Below are positions 10,254 through 19,562 of a DNA stretch of 64,000 bases, one piece after another. Source of the stretch: an uncultured Candidatus Binatia bacterium (GTDB lineage: Bacteria; Desulfobacterota; Binatia; UBA9968; JAJDTQ01). The notes beneath the pieces are model-generated. The model saw only the letters and a list, made by a program, of their open reading frames with translations. It did not search any database and had not been told where the DNA came from. The stretch is from positions 3,104,001 through 3,168,000 of the forward strand of contig OZ251459.1 in assembly GCA_965242525.1 (NCBI GenBank), given 5' to 3'. Position 1 is the stretch's first letter. The number at the start of each line of letters is the position of its first letter. Made by a program: the position numbers and the translations under genes.

Positions 10254-10499
10254 ATGCCCAACGCCTTCGACTATGCTTCCCTTTCCCTCGGCATCCTCAT
10301 CCTGGGCTTCCTCTGGAAGTTCCAGAGAGACGTCCACCGGGACATCGCCGATGTTCACCGAGACATCGCCGGGGTCCACCGGGACATCGCAGGGGTTCAT
10401 CGGGACATCGCCGACCTCCGGGAAAGGATGGCCCGGCTCGAAGGACTGTTCGAAGGGTTCACAAGGTCAACCCCTCAGCAGACCCAATCATCCCCATAG
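10254..10499 (+). CDS. Small membrane-anchored coiled-coil protein, copy 1 (four heptad units)
   Basis: GAGGAG RBS; hydrophobic SLSLGILILGFLW then (VHRDIA[D/G])x4 and LRERMARLEGLFEGF. Confidence 0.7.
   Translation: MPNAFDYASLSLGILILGFLWKFQRDVHRDIADVHRDIAGVHRDIAGVHRDIADLRERMARLEGLFEGFTRSTPQQTQSSP
10332..10415 (+). repeat. 21-bp in-frame tandem repeat x4
   Basis: GT(C/T)CA(C/T)CG(G/A)GACATCGC(C/A)G.. units encoding VHRDIAD/G. Confidence 0.85.
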
Positions 10500-10509
10500 G
10501 AGACTTGCC

Positions 10510-10689
10510 ATGCCCAACGCCTTCGACTACGCTTCCCTGTCTCTCGGCATCCTCATCCTGGGCTTCCTCTGGAAGTTCCAGAGAGACGTTCACCGGGACA
10601 TCGCCGACCTTCGGGAAAGGATGGCTCGCCTCGAAGGACTGTTCGAAGGGTTCACAAGGTCAACCCCTCAGCAGCCCCAATCATCCTGA
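10510..10689 (+). CDS. Small membrane-anchored coiled-coil protein, copy 2 (one heptad unit)
   Basis: Near-identical duplicate of 10254-10499 with its own AGGAG RBS. Confidence 0.7.
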   Translation: MPNAFDYASLSLGILILGFLWKFQRDVHRDIADLRERMARLEGLFEGFTRSTPQQPQSS

Positions 10690-10798
10690 CTCGCGAAATA
10701 CCGTCTGCCACGCCCACGACCCTGTCCGAACCGGATCGGCCCGAGACGTGACCGAAGCGGTATGGGTGATCTGAAGCCGTAGCGCACGGGCCGCCTGT

Positions 10799-12343
10799 TC
10801 ACTTCCGGCCGCGGCGTGAGGCTGCGCGCTTTCGCTTTGCGCCAGCGGCTTCCTGTACACGCGCCTTCCGCTCCGCGGCGATACGTTTCAGCAGTTCCGA
10901 CGCCGGCTCGTCGTCCGGGTCCTGGGGCACAAGCTTGCCGGTGAAAGCATGCTTCAAGATGGATTGGCGGAGGGCTTGGGCGGACTGAAGTTTGGCATCG
11001 ATGTCGGCTTCGAGTTGGTCTATGGCGGAGAGTTGAGCTTGGACGGCTGTGACGATGGCTTCCTGCTCAGTAAGAGGTGCCAATGGAATCAGGCATGGAG
11101 CAATATGTGGATTGTTAATCTGTGGGACATTCGAGCCATCGCTCAGCTTTGCAAGATCCAACCCTTGAAACCACTGCCACAAATACCTTGAGATTTCTGA
11201 AGCAGGAATCAGCGCCATAATGTTGAGGTCACAGGCCGCAGGGAAAGCAAGGAGGCGTTTCTTGTTGGTCTTTATGGCGCCTCCCCGCTTAGGAAAGATG
11301 ATCGCACCTCGCGGAAACAGTTTCAAATTCAGTTTCTCTGCCAAATTGGACTGCATACGCAAACCACCATCAGCCATCCAGCACTTGTTTAGAGGGTTGT
11401 TCATGTCATTAACGCGAAACCAAACTACGGTTCCCAACTCATCTGAGATCGCTGGAATACCTTTGGGAGTCTGCCCACTTCTGATTTCACCAAGTTGATC
11501 CACAGTCGCCCAACACCATCCCTCCGGCAACATCGGCAGACTCGTCGTATCCGGCGCAACCGGCTCCTTGTACTTCGCCTTCCAGTTCTTCGGCGGCACC
11601 TTGTCCTTTTCCTCGAACTTGCGGAGCTGGTCTTGCTCCCAACGACGGCGGCGTTCGACGAGGATGCGCTTGAGCAATTCGTCGGCAGGCTCGACATCCG
11701 GGTGTTGCTCGCGCCATTCGGCGGTGAGGGATCCTTCCACCGCCGCCTTCAGTATCGAGGCGCGGTAGAGTTTCAGCCTGTCCCGCGCCCGCTCCAATGC
11801 CGCGATGCCAGTGTTGAGGTCGGAAAAGAGTTCATCAAGCGTATCAGTAATACGGATCTGCTCCGCGCCTGATGCGACGGGGACAGCGATTTGTTTGATT
11901 TTCGAGAATGGCAATGAAGGTAGAGTGGTTGCATGAGCATAATGCGAGAAATCCACCGTACATAGCCAATAGTATAACCATTCGCTGAGTATGCCGTTTT
12001 CAGGAATAGCGACAGCGATATGACTCACAACGTACATGGGCCGCTGCAAAACCGCTCGTTGGTTCAACAAAGTTGACGCGCCGCTTTTTGTGAACAGCAC
12101 TGAAGCGGCAGGGAACAATCGGAGGTCTTTCGCCACGTTTTCGGCCAAGTGATCCTTCGTATCCGCAAGCCTCATCACCGTCCCCAAACGCCCCATATCC
12201 TGTACGCGAACAAACGGCGGTCCAGATTCCGCAAAACTTTCCTTCCGTTGAGGGGCCGGATTACCGGCAAGCAGATTCGCCAGGTCGTCAAAAGACGCCC
12301 AGCACCATCCCGGCGACAAAGGCCTTCCCGTCGCACCGCTCAC
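10799..12343 (-). CDS. hsdS: Type I restriction-modification specificity subunit
   Basis: Two TRDs each starting PGW/PEGWCW; conserved EQ..I helices, ASILKAAVEGSLT, QSILKHAFTGKLVPQDP and a duplicated EPA.ELLKRI; start uncertain (GTG 12343). Confidence 0.9.
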   Translation of the reverse strand: MSGATGRPLSPGWCWASFDDLANLLAGNPAPQRKESFAESGPPFVRVQDMGRLGTVMRLADTKDHLAENVAKDLRLFPAASVLFTKSGASTLLNQRAVLQRPMYVVSHIAVAIPENGILSEWLYYWLCTVDFSHYAHATTLPSLPFSKIKQIAVPVASGAEQIRITDTLDELFSDLNTGIAALERARDRLKLYRASILKAAVEGSLTAEWREQHPDVEPADELLKRILVERRRRWEQDQLRKFEEKDKVPPKNWKAKYKEPVAPDTTSLPMLPEGWCWATVDQLGEIRSGQTPKGIPAISDELGTVVWFRVNDMNNPLNKCWMADGGLRMQSNLAEKLNLKLFPRGAIIFPKRGGAIKTNKKRLLAFPAACDLNIMALIPASEISRYLWQWFQGLDLAKLSDGSNVPQINNPHIAPCLIPLAPLTEQEAIVTAVQAQLSAIDQLEADIDAKLQSAQALRQSILKHAFTGKLVPQDPDDEPASELLKRIAAERKARVQEAAGAKRKRAASRRGRK

Positions 12344-12347
12344 GCCC

Positions 12348-12695
12348 TCAATCCTTCCCTTCCTTTTGCCGGAGTTCGTAGAGCGTGACACCGCTTCCCT
12401 CCCGTCTTGCTTCAAGCCAGCGCTTTAGTGAGGCCGGGCTCTCCCGCGACGGCCCTCCGGCCAACAGACCCTCTACGCCGATGTCTTCGTCCAGGTCTTC
12501 CCAGTGAATGTGCTGGCTCGCAGCGTGCAGTTTCCAGTTGGCCCTTTCCACTGCCGTCGCATGGAGAAGCCTCGGATACCAGACCAGCGGAACGGATATT
12601 CTGCGGCCATCGGCAAGCTCGGCCGTCAGCGCCTCATCGGTTACGTTGATATGAGTGGCCGCGGGCACTTCCAGTTCAACCGTCGAAATACTCAT
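12348..12695 (-). CDS. DUF2442-family protein (putative TA partner)
   Basis: LADGRRISVPLVWYPRLLHAT..ERANW..IHWEDLDEDIGVEGLL. Confidence 0.85.
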   Translation of the reverse strand: MSISTVELEVPAATHINVTDEALTAELADGRRISVPLVWYPRLLHATAVERANWKLHAASQHIHWEDLDEDIGVEGLLAGGPSRESPASLKRWLEARREGSGVTLYELRQKEGKD

Positions 12696-12912
12696 GCCAA
12701 GCCTCCGTGAATTCAGATTGATACCGTTCGATTATTCTCTGGACATGGCGAAGTTCCACTCTTCCAAAGTTGCCGCTTTTCTGTAGTGCTACGGGGTTGA
12801 GCCAGAACTTCGCAAAACTCCTATCGTTTTGTACGTGTATGTGCGGTGGTTCGTTTCGGTCACCTGAGACGAAGTAAAAGCGATACTTGCCGTCTCTCAG
12901 TAACGTGGGCAT
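12676..12912 (-). CDS. DUF4160-family protein (putative TA partner)
   Basis: MPTLLR..YRFYF..EPPHIHV..AKFWL..AWHEYF; overlaps the DUF2442 gene. Confidence 0.85.
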   Translation of the reverse strand: MPTLLRDGKYRFYFVSGDRNEPPHIHVQNDRSFAKFWLNPVALQKSGNFGRVELRHVQRIIERYQSEFTEAWHEYFDG

Positions 12913-12915
12913 GCT

Positions 12916-13404
12916 TCATCCTCGTTTGATCCTGATTGCCACGGTCTCCTGAGCGTCATGGAGAATGCCACCGCCGATTCGGTTTCGCTCAGGCTCATCG
13001 CTCCACGGGTTCAGCATCTCGACCCCCGTGGCGCTGAAGTCGGCCTCGTTGCGGGTGACGAGGATGAGGCGGTGGCGGAGGGCGGTGGCGGCGATGAGGC
13101 CGTCGATGACGGGCAGGTTCCCGTGCCGGGCCACGAGCCGGCCCCACTCGTCTGCGACGTCCCGGTCCACCGGCAGGATCCGATCCTCGAACCAGGCCGG
13201 CAGTTCCATTTGGAGCCACGCGGCAATCCGGGCGCGGCGACGGCCGGCTCCGAGCTTCTGGACTCCCTTGCGGACTTCGCCCATGGTCAGGGCGCTGATG
13301 AACAGGGCTTCCGGGGCCGCTGCGTCGAACCATGCGGAAACCCGGGGCGACGGTTTCGGCTTGACCAACTCCGACAGCGCGCAGGTATCGATCAGGTAGT
13401 TCAC
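12916..13404 (-). CDS. vapC: VapC/PIN-domain toxin
   Basis: YLIDTCALSEL, TMGEVRKG, IDGLIAATA, LVTRN..DF..NPW. Confidence 0.9.
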   Translation of the reverse strand: MNYLIDTCALSELVKPKPSPRVSAWFDAAAPEALFISALTMGEVRKGVQKLGAGRRRARIAAWLQMELPAWFEDRILPVDRDVADEWGRLVARHGNLPVIDGLIAATALRHRLILVTRNEADFSATGVEMLNPWSDEPERNRIGGGILHDAQETVAIRIKRG

Positions 13405-13649
13405 AGATCGAGGTCCCGCGGCAGCGACCGGTCGCGTTCCAGGTCCAACTCGACCCCCGCCAGCGGGGACGACCGCAGGAACTCCCTCAGCGAGGGTTTC
13501 GGGCGCCTCAGACGGTCGTAGGCGTCCGCGGACAGGATGATGGCCTCCCTGCGCCCGCGAACGGTGATGGCCTGCGGACCTTCCTGCACGGCGTCGCGCA
13601 CCAACTCGCTGAAACGCGCCTTGGCTCTCTGTAGTTGCCAGCTTTGCAT
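13401..13649 (-). CDS. Phd/YefM-family antitoxin
   Basis: WQLQRAKARFSELVR..GPQAITVRG; 4-bp overlap with vapC. Confidence 0.9.
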   Translation of the reverse strand: MQSWQLQRAKARFSELVRDAVQEGPQAITVRGRREAIILSADAYDRLRRPKPSLREFLRSSPLAGVELDLERDRSLPRDLDL

Positions 13650-13771
13650 GACGGACTCCTCTCCAGGCTCATCCTGACCACTCTGACCAGACAGAATACC
13701 CTATCCTGCAGAAAACGCAACGGTACGCCCGAACATTGACCCTACAGCTACCGGACGCTATCCTGATGCCC

Positions 13772-14089
13772 ATGAAATCGGTGGACCTCAAGCTGTTGTC
13801 CGGTCGGCTGAACGAGTGCCTGCGCTTGGCAGCGTCGGGAGAAACGATCCGGGTCACGGATCGAGACCGGGTTGTCGCGGAAATCGGCCCTCCACGAGAA
13901 GCGGGAAGCCCCTTCCTGGCGGACGCAATGCTTGCAGAATCGGTGCGCAAAGGCTGGTTGACGCTCCCGGTTTCATCCACTGAGGAGGCCCCTCCCACAT
14001 CGAAACCCGTAGCGCCTCTACGCGACCTTCTGGCGGAACTGGAAGACGACCGGGGCGATATGCCTCTGCTCGACCTGCAAGGTCGCTGA
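13772..14089 (+). CDS. Phd-like (prevent-host-death) antitoxin, no adjacent toxin
   Basis: MKSVDLKLLSGRLNECLRLAASGETIRVTDRDRVVAEIGP..LLAELEDDR. Confidence 0.7.
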   Translation: MKSVDLKLLSGRLNECLRLAASGETIRVTDRDRVVAEIGPPREAGSPFLADAMLAESVRKGWLTLPVSSTEEAPPTSKPVAPLRDLLAELEDDRGDMPLLDLQGR

Positions 14090-14103
14090 CCGCCCTCCCC
14101 GAC

Positions 14104-16944
14104 CTACGCCGCCAGCCGCTTGTTCAACTCCGCCAGCAACGGCCGGAGCGCGTCGCCGAACAGGGCGTGGGCACGGCCCAGGCTTCCCTGCTGGCCGAAC
14201 CAGCCGGTCTCGAAGTCTGCGGGTTCGATGGCGAGGCTGGAAGCGATGTGCGCGGCCATGCGGTCCAGCCACTCGCGCTGCTCGGGCGTGAACGTTTTGT
14301 CCGCGTCCCGTTCCGCAAGCCATGCGCGGTAGCGCTCCCACGACTGTTCGCGGTAGGGCGTGAGGGTGAAGCTCGGCAGCATCGCGCCGCGCACGAGGTT
14401 CACCAGGTCGGCGGTCATCTCCCCGCCGCCGCCTTCGACCCTGGCGGGTTCAGCGGCCTCGAAGGCGCGCCAGAGCTGGACCGGCGTGGCCGAGAGCGGC
14501 GGGCGGGCCAGGGCGTCCCGCAAACGGCGCAAGTCGTCGAGGGACAGCCTGAGCGGTCGCGCGCCGGCGTAGATGGCCTGGACCGCGGTCAACTCGTCCT
14601 TGTGTTCCTCGATCCAGGCGCGGAAATCCTCCACCTTCGCCCGCGCCTTCTCCACCGCGGAGGCGTCGAAGCCGGAATAGAGCGCCTCGTCGATGGTGTG
14701 GCGGTCCACGGTCTGTTCGTTCTGCCGGCGGATCTCCAGGATACGATGGCGGAAGGCCGGTTTCAGGAACGGGGTCACGGCCTCGCGGGAAAGCCGCCGC
14801 CCCGCCTCTTCGACCTGTTCTTCGGTGGGAGGGTCGCTGCCGAAGCGCTCTTTCGCGGCCTCGATCCGGACGTCGGGGTCGCAGGCGTCGAGCAGGTCCC
14901 GGGCCAGGTCGGGAAACGACCTGCCGCCGGCAAGCTCTTTCAACTCCGCAAGCCGGGCCGGCGTGAAGTCCCGTTGCAGGCGGGCGAGCCGGCCGGCGAG
15001 GGTGACCAGGGCGTCGGGGTCGAGGCCGCCCTGCGCCACGTAGTTCAGCAACTGTTCGAGGGACTTGGACGGCTGGCGGTTGAAGCTGCGGGAATCGGTC
15101 TTGTCCCGCTCGCACACGCCCACCGCGTCCACCACGATGAAGCGGTCCTTGCCCCTGGCGCTGGGGCTGACCGTGCGCAGCTTGTCGGGCGAGATGACCC
15201 GCACGCCGCGGCCCTTCATCTGCTCGAAGAAGCTCGCGGACCTGACGTTGCGCATGAAGAAGACGCATTCGATGGGCTTTACGTCGGCGCCGGTGGAGAT
15301 CATGTCCACGGTGACGGCAATGCGCGGATGGAAGCTGTTGCGGAAGTTCGCCAGGAGCTCGTCCGGCGTCAGGCCGGAGGTCTTCACCCACTCCGCGGCC
15401 TCCACGTGGGCCCCGTCCCCTCCCGGGGCCGTCTTCGTGACCCGGGTGTAGCCGGTGCGGTAGGTGATCTTCCGGCAGAACTCGTTGCCCTCGGCGAACT
15501 CCTCGCGCGCCAGCCGGACGATGTCGTCGGCGTGGGAATCGTCCTTGGCGAAGACGAGGGTCTTGGGCGCCTCGCCGCGTCCGGGGAACGCCTCCGGCAG
15601 GACCTTGTCACGGAACTGCCGCAGCACGGTGCGGATCTGGCTCTCGGAGACCACGTCCCGGTCCAGGTCGTCGGCCGTGTAGGTGAAGTCGTCATCCAGC
15701 CGCTTCAGCCGCTCGGCGCGGGTCAGCTTGTCGCGCACGTCCACGAAGACATCTTCTCCGCCGGCCTCGATGGTCGCGCCCTCATCGGTGACCCGGGTGC
15801 GGATGCGGTAAACTTCGAAATCCACGTTGACCCCGTCCACCACCGCCTGGTCGTGACCGTACTGCATGATCAGGTTCTGGTTGAAGAAGCCCACGGTCTT
15901 GCCGGTCGGCGTGGCGGTGAGGCCCACCAGGAAGGCGTCGAAATACAGCAGCACCTGGCTCCACAGGTCGTAGATGGACCGGTGGCACTCGTCCACCACG
16001 ATGAAGTCGAAGAACTCCGGCGGGAGGGCGGCGTTGTACTCCACCCGGGGCGGCTCGCCCCGCCACGGCCTGGCCGAATCGAAGGCCGATCCCTCCTCGT
16101 TGCCGGCGTCGTACTCGGCCTCGCCCTCGAGCATCGAATAGAGCCGCTGGATGGTGGTGACCACCACCTTGGCCGCGGGGTTGACGGAGTTGGAGACGAG
16201 CCGCTGGACCGTGTACAGCTCCGGGAACTTGCGGGAGTCGTCCGGCGGCTGGAAGTTGGCGAACTCGTCGTAGGTCTGGCGGCCCAGGTTGCTGCGGTCC
16301 ACCAGGAACAGGATGCGCCCGGCCCCGCCGTGCTTCAGCAGTCGATAGACGGCGTTGACCGCGGTGAAGGTCTTGCCGGAGCCGGTGGCCATCTGGATCA
16401 GGGCGCGCTGGCGGCCGCGCCCCAGGGAGGCTTCGAGGTTGCGGATGGCCCGGGCCTGTGCGGTCCACAGGCGGGCTTCGTCCAGTTCCGGCAGGTTCCT
16501 CAGCCGTGCCCGCAGCGTTTCGGGCTGCCCCAGCCAATCCGCCAGCGTCTCCGGCCTGGGGAAGCCGAACACCGGCCGGCTGCGGGGCGTGGGGTCGCGG
16601 AGGTTGGTGAAGTACGTCACCGCGCCGTTGGACTCGAACAGGTACGGCAAGGGGCGGTCGTGGACCGAGAGGTCCTCGGGCACGCCCTGGGCGTACTTCG
16701 CCGACTGCGCCTCCACCCCGGTGAGCGCGCCCTCGGCCTTGGCCTCGATGACGCCGGCGACCGAACGGTTGACGAAGAGCGCGTAGTCCGCGAAGCCGAA
16801 CCCGGACCGCAGGGAGAACTCGCGCACCGCGACCCCGCGGCCCGCGCTCAGGTCGATCTCCCCGCGGTCCTGCACGCGCCAGCCCGCGGCCTCCAGCCGG
16901 GCGTCGATCTCGCGCCGCGCGAGCCTTTCGGGCGTATCCGTCAT
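14104..16944 (-). CDS. hsdR: Type I restriction endonuclease R subunit
   Basis: ADYALF..VIEAK nuclease motif, [32 protein letters not shown]; ATGA overlap with the upstream gene. Confidence 0.93.
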   Translation of the reverse strand: MTDTPERLARREIDARLEAAGWRVQDRGEIDLSAGRGVAVREFSLRSGFGFADYALFVNRSVAGVIEAKAEGALTGVEAQSAKYAQGVPEDLSVHDRPLPYLFESNGAVTYFTNLRDPTPRSRPVFGFPRPETLADWLGQPETLRARLRNLPELDEARLWTAQARAIRNLEASLGRGRQRALIQMATGSGKTFTAVNAVYRLLKHGGAGRILFLVDRSNLGRQTYDEFANFQPPDDSRKFPELYTVQRLVSNSVNPAAKVVVTTIQRLYSMLEGEAEYDAGNEEGSAFDSARPWRGEPPRVEYNAALPPEFFDFIVVDECHRSIYDLWSQVLLYFDAFLVGLTATPTGKTVGFFNQNLIMQYGHDQAVVDGVNVDFEVYRIRTRVTDEGATIEAGGEDVFVDVRDKLTRAERLKRLDDDFTYTADDLDRDVVSESQIRTVLRQFRDKVLPEAFPGRGEAPKTLVFAKDDSHADDIVRLAREEFAEGNEFCRKITYRTGYTRVTKTAPGGDGAHVEAAEWVKTSGLTPDELLANFRNSFHPRIAVTVDMISTGADVKPIECVFFMRNVRSASFFEQMKGRGVRVISPDKLRTVSPSARGKDRFIVVDAVGVCERDKTDSRSFNRQPSKSLEQLLNYVAQGGLDPDALVTLAGRLARLQRDFTPARLAELKELAGGRSFPDLARDLLDACDPDVRIEAAKERFGSDPPTEEQVEEAGRRLSREAVTPFLKPAFRHRILEIRRQNEQTVDRHTIDEALYSGFDASAVEKARAKVEDFRAWIEEHKDELTAVQAIYAGARPLRLSLDDLRRLRDALARPPLSATPVQLWRAFEAAEPARVEGGGGEMTADLVNLVRGAMLPSFTLTPYREQSWERYRAWLAERDADKTFTPEQREWLDRMAAHIASSLAIEPADFETGWFGQQGSLGRAHALFGDALRPLLAELNKRLAA

Positions 16945-19019
16945 CCCGGAGCTTCGGGGCCGGCGGCGCGGGTCCGGTCCTCCTCCAGCAGCGGCTTCAG
17001 GCCCTCCCAATCGGTCACCGGCAGGGAGCAGGTGAAGTTCCGGCACACATAGACCGTCGGCTTGCCGTCCACCTGCGATTTCCCCGCGAGCAACGGGGAG
17101 ACCTCCTCCAGGCGGGCGTCCGGGCTCACCCATTGCAGGGTCTTGTTGGGCAGGTAGCTGTCCCGGACCTGCTGCACCAGTCGGCGCGCGTCCGGGTCGT
17201 CCTTCTCCGCCACCATGACGATCTCGTGGGGCTTCGACAGGTGGAAGTCCAGCGCCCCGAGCATGGTGGCCAGGCCGAAGGGCTCCCGCGCCATGCCGTC
17301 GTAGTGGAGGCGCAGGGTCTTCTCCGCGCGCTCCAGCAGGTCCGGTTGCCCGGTGTAGTGGTGGAGCCGCAACAGGACCAGGGCCGCCACCGAGTTGCCC
17401 GAAGGGATGGAACTGTCGAATCCGGGCTTGGTGCGGCTGATGAGCTGCTCGTGGGACTTGCCCGTGTAGAAGAACCCGCCGTTCTCTTCGTCCCAGAACT
17501 CCTCCACCATGGTCCGGGCCAGAGCCGCGGACCGGTCCAGCAGGCGGGCTTCGGACGTGGCCTCGAACAGGTCCAGCATGCCTGCGATGAGGAACGAGTA
17601 GTCGTCCAGGTAGCCGAGCAGCTTGGCCTGGCCGTCCTTGAAGGTGTGGAGCAGCAGGCCGTCGTCGAACATGCGCGTGAAGATGAAATCGACGGTCCCG
17701 GTTCCCGCCTCGCGGATTCGGGCGTCCCCGGTGACGGCGTAGGCCGCGGCGACCCCCGACAGCATCAGGCCGTTCCAGGACACGATGACCTTCTCGTCGC
17801 GAAAGGGCTTGACCCGCTTCTCCCGCTCGGCGAAGAGCCGCGCCCGGGACTCGGCCAGGACCGCGGCCACCGCCTCCGGTTCCTTGCCGAAGTACTTGGC
17901 CGCCTGCTCGGTGTCCAGGATCGGATGCAGTATGTTCCTGCCCTCGAAGTTGCCGAGGTCGGTGACGTCATAGACCCGGCAGAAGACGTCCGCGCGCTCC
18001 TTGCCGAGCACTTCCAGGACTTCCTCCGGGGTCCACACGAAGAACTTTCCCTCGTCCCCTTCGCTGTCCGCGTCCTGGGCGGAGTAGAACCCCCCCTCCG
18101 GCTGGTGCATCTCGCGGAGCACGTACTCCAGGGTCTCCCGGACGATGCGCTTGAAGAACGGGTCCCCGGTGATCCGGTACGCCTCGGCATAGACCTGCGC
18201 CAACTGGCCGTTGTCGTAGAGCATCTTCTCGAAGTGGGGCACGAGCCACTTGTCGTCCACGGAATAGCGGTGGAACCCGCCCCCGAGCTGGTCGTACATG
18301 CCCCCCTGGGCCATCTTCCGAAGCGTCTCGGTGACCATCTCCAGGTGCCGCGGGTTTCCCGACAGCCGGTAGGAGCGCAGGAACAGGTTATAGACCCCGG
18401 CGTTGGGGAACTTGGGCGCCCTGCCGAAGCCGCCGTGGGTCGCGTCGTAGGCCGGCGCCAGTCCTTCGGCCCCGCGGGTGACGACGCCCAAATCCATGGC
18501 TTGGGCCGTTTCCCTGAGCACGCTCATGCGGTCCAGCGCGCCCACGATCTGGTCCACGTTCCGGGCCACGTCCTGGGGCTTGGTCCGGTAGGCTTCCACC
18601 ACCGCCTTCAGCACCCGCGGGAAGCCGGGCATGCCGTGACGGTCTTCAGGCGGGTAGTAGGTGCCGCCGAAGAAAGGCTTTCCCTCGGGGGTCAGGAACA
18701 CGGTCATGGGCCAGCCGCCCCGCTTGGTCAGCATCTGCACCGCGTTCATGTAGATCTCGTCCAGGTCCGGGCGTTCCTCCCGATCGACCTTGATGCTGAC
18801 GAAGTTCTCGTTCATCAACGCGGCGATGGCCTCGTCCTCGAAAGACTCGGTCTCCATCACGTGGCACCAGTGGCAGGCCGAGTAGCCGATGCTCAGGAGG
18901 ATCGGCTTGTCTTCCGCCCGCGCCCTGGCAAAGGCGTCCTCGCCCCACGGGTACCAGTCCACCGGGTTGTGGGCGTGTTGCAGCAGGTAGGGGCTGGTCT
19001 CCCCGGACAATCGGTTCAT
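16941..19019 (-). CDS. YyaL/SSP411-family thioredoxin-domain protein
   Basis: [44 protein letters not shown]. Confidence 0.93.
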   Translation of the reverse strand: MNRLSGETSPYLLQHAHNPVDWYPWGEDAFARARAEDKPILLSIGYSACHWCHVMETESFEDEAIAALMNENFVSIKVDREERPDLDEIYMNAVQMLTKRGGWPMTVFLTPEGKPFFGGTYYPPEDRHGMPGFPRVLKAVVEAYRTKPQDVARNVDQIVGALDRMSVLRETAQAMDLGVVTRGAEGLAPAYDATHGGFGRAPKFPNAGVYNLFLRSYRLSGNPRHLEMVTETLRKMAQGGMYDQLGGGFHRYSVDDKWLVPHFEKMLYDNGQLAQVYAEAYRITGDPFFKRIVRETLEYVLREMHQPEGGFYSAQDADSEGDEGKFFVWTPEEVLEVLGKERADVFCRVYDVTDLGNFEGRNILHPILDTEQAAKYFGKEPEAVAAVLAESRARLFAEREKRVKPFRDEKVIVSWNGLMLSGVAAAYAVTGDARIREAGTGTVDFIFTRMFDDGLLLHTFKDGQAKLLGYLDDYSFLIAGMLDLFEATSEARLLDRSAALARTMVEEFWDEENGGFFYTGKSHEQLISRTKPGFDSSIPSGNSVAALVLLRLHHYTGQPDLLERAEKTLRLHYDGMAREPFGLATMLGALDFHLSKPHEIVMVAEKDDPDARRLVQQVRDSYLPNKTLQWVSPDARLEEVSPLLAGKSQVDGKPTVYVCRNFTCSLPVTDWEGLKPLLEEDRTRAAGPEAPG

Positions 19020-19078
19020 GGCATGGCTCCGTGTTGCGGCCCCGGCCCGGTCCGCGGCGGCGGGCTCCCGACCGGGCG

Positions 19079-19489
19079 TCAGTATTTGCGGATGACCGCG
19101 ACCACCACGCCGCGGACCTCCACCTCCCCTTCCTCGCACACCACCGGGTCGAGCCGTCCGCCCGCGCTCCGGAGCGCCACTTTCCCGGCCTCGCGGTGGA
19201 AACGCTTGACCATGACCTCGCCCCGGACCGCCGCCACCACCGTGTCGCCCTCCCGCGCTTCCGCGGCGGCCTGGACCAGGACGAAGTCGCCATCGCAAAC
19301 CTGCTCCTCCGCCAGGGCGCCGCCCCTGACGCGGAACGCGGACGTGCCGGGACGCCGCGCCAAGTCCCCGGGGACGCCCGGGGCGTCGTCCGCCTCCACC
19401 GGCTCCAGGGGCGCGCCGGCAGACGCCGCGTCCCGCAGCCGCGACTCGCGCCCACGATCCTGTCCATCCACCGTGTCCGGCTCGGCCAT
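19079..19489 (-). CDS. LexA/UmuD-like S24 domain without HTH and without the catalytic Ser
   Basis: SAGAP cleavage-site-like motif, FRVRGGAL in place of LRVxGxSM, VMVKRF, C-terminal [10 protein letters not shown]. Confidence 0.7.
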   Translation of the reverse strand: MAEPDTVDGQDRGRESRLRDAASAGAPLEPVEADDAPGVPGDLARRPGTSAFRVRGGALAEEQVCDGDFVLVQAAAEAREGDTVVAAVRGEVMVKRFHREAGKVALRSAGGRLDPVVCEEGEVEVRGVVVAVIRKY

Positions 19490-19562
19490 GGGACCATACT
19501 AACAGCCTGCCGGACCGATGCCACCCTCGACCGCGTGGGCCGCGGCCCCGACCGCGGCGGCG

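Noticed and set aside
10332-10415. 21-bp repeats as a mini-CRISPR
   Set aside because: Contiguous, spacer-less and in frame within a coding sequence
9560-14100. TA cassettes as an integron array
   Set aside because: No integron integrase and no recurring attC-like structure seen; orientations are mixed
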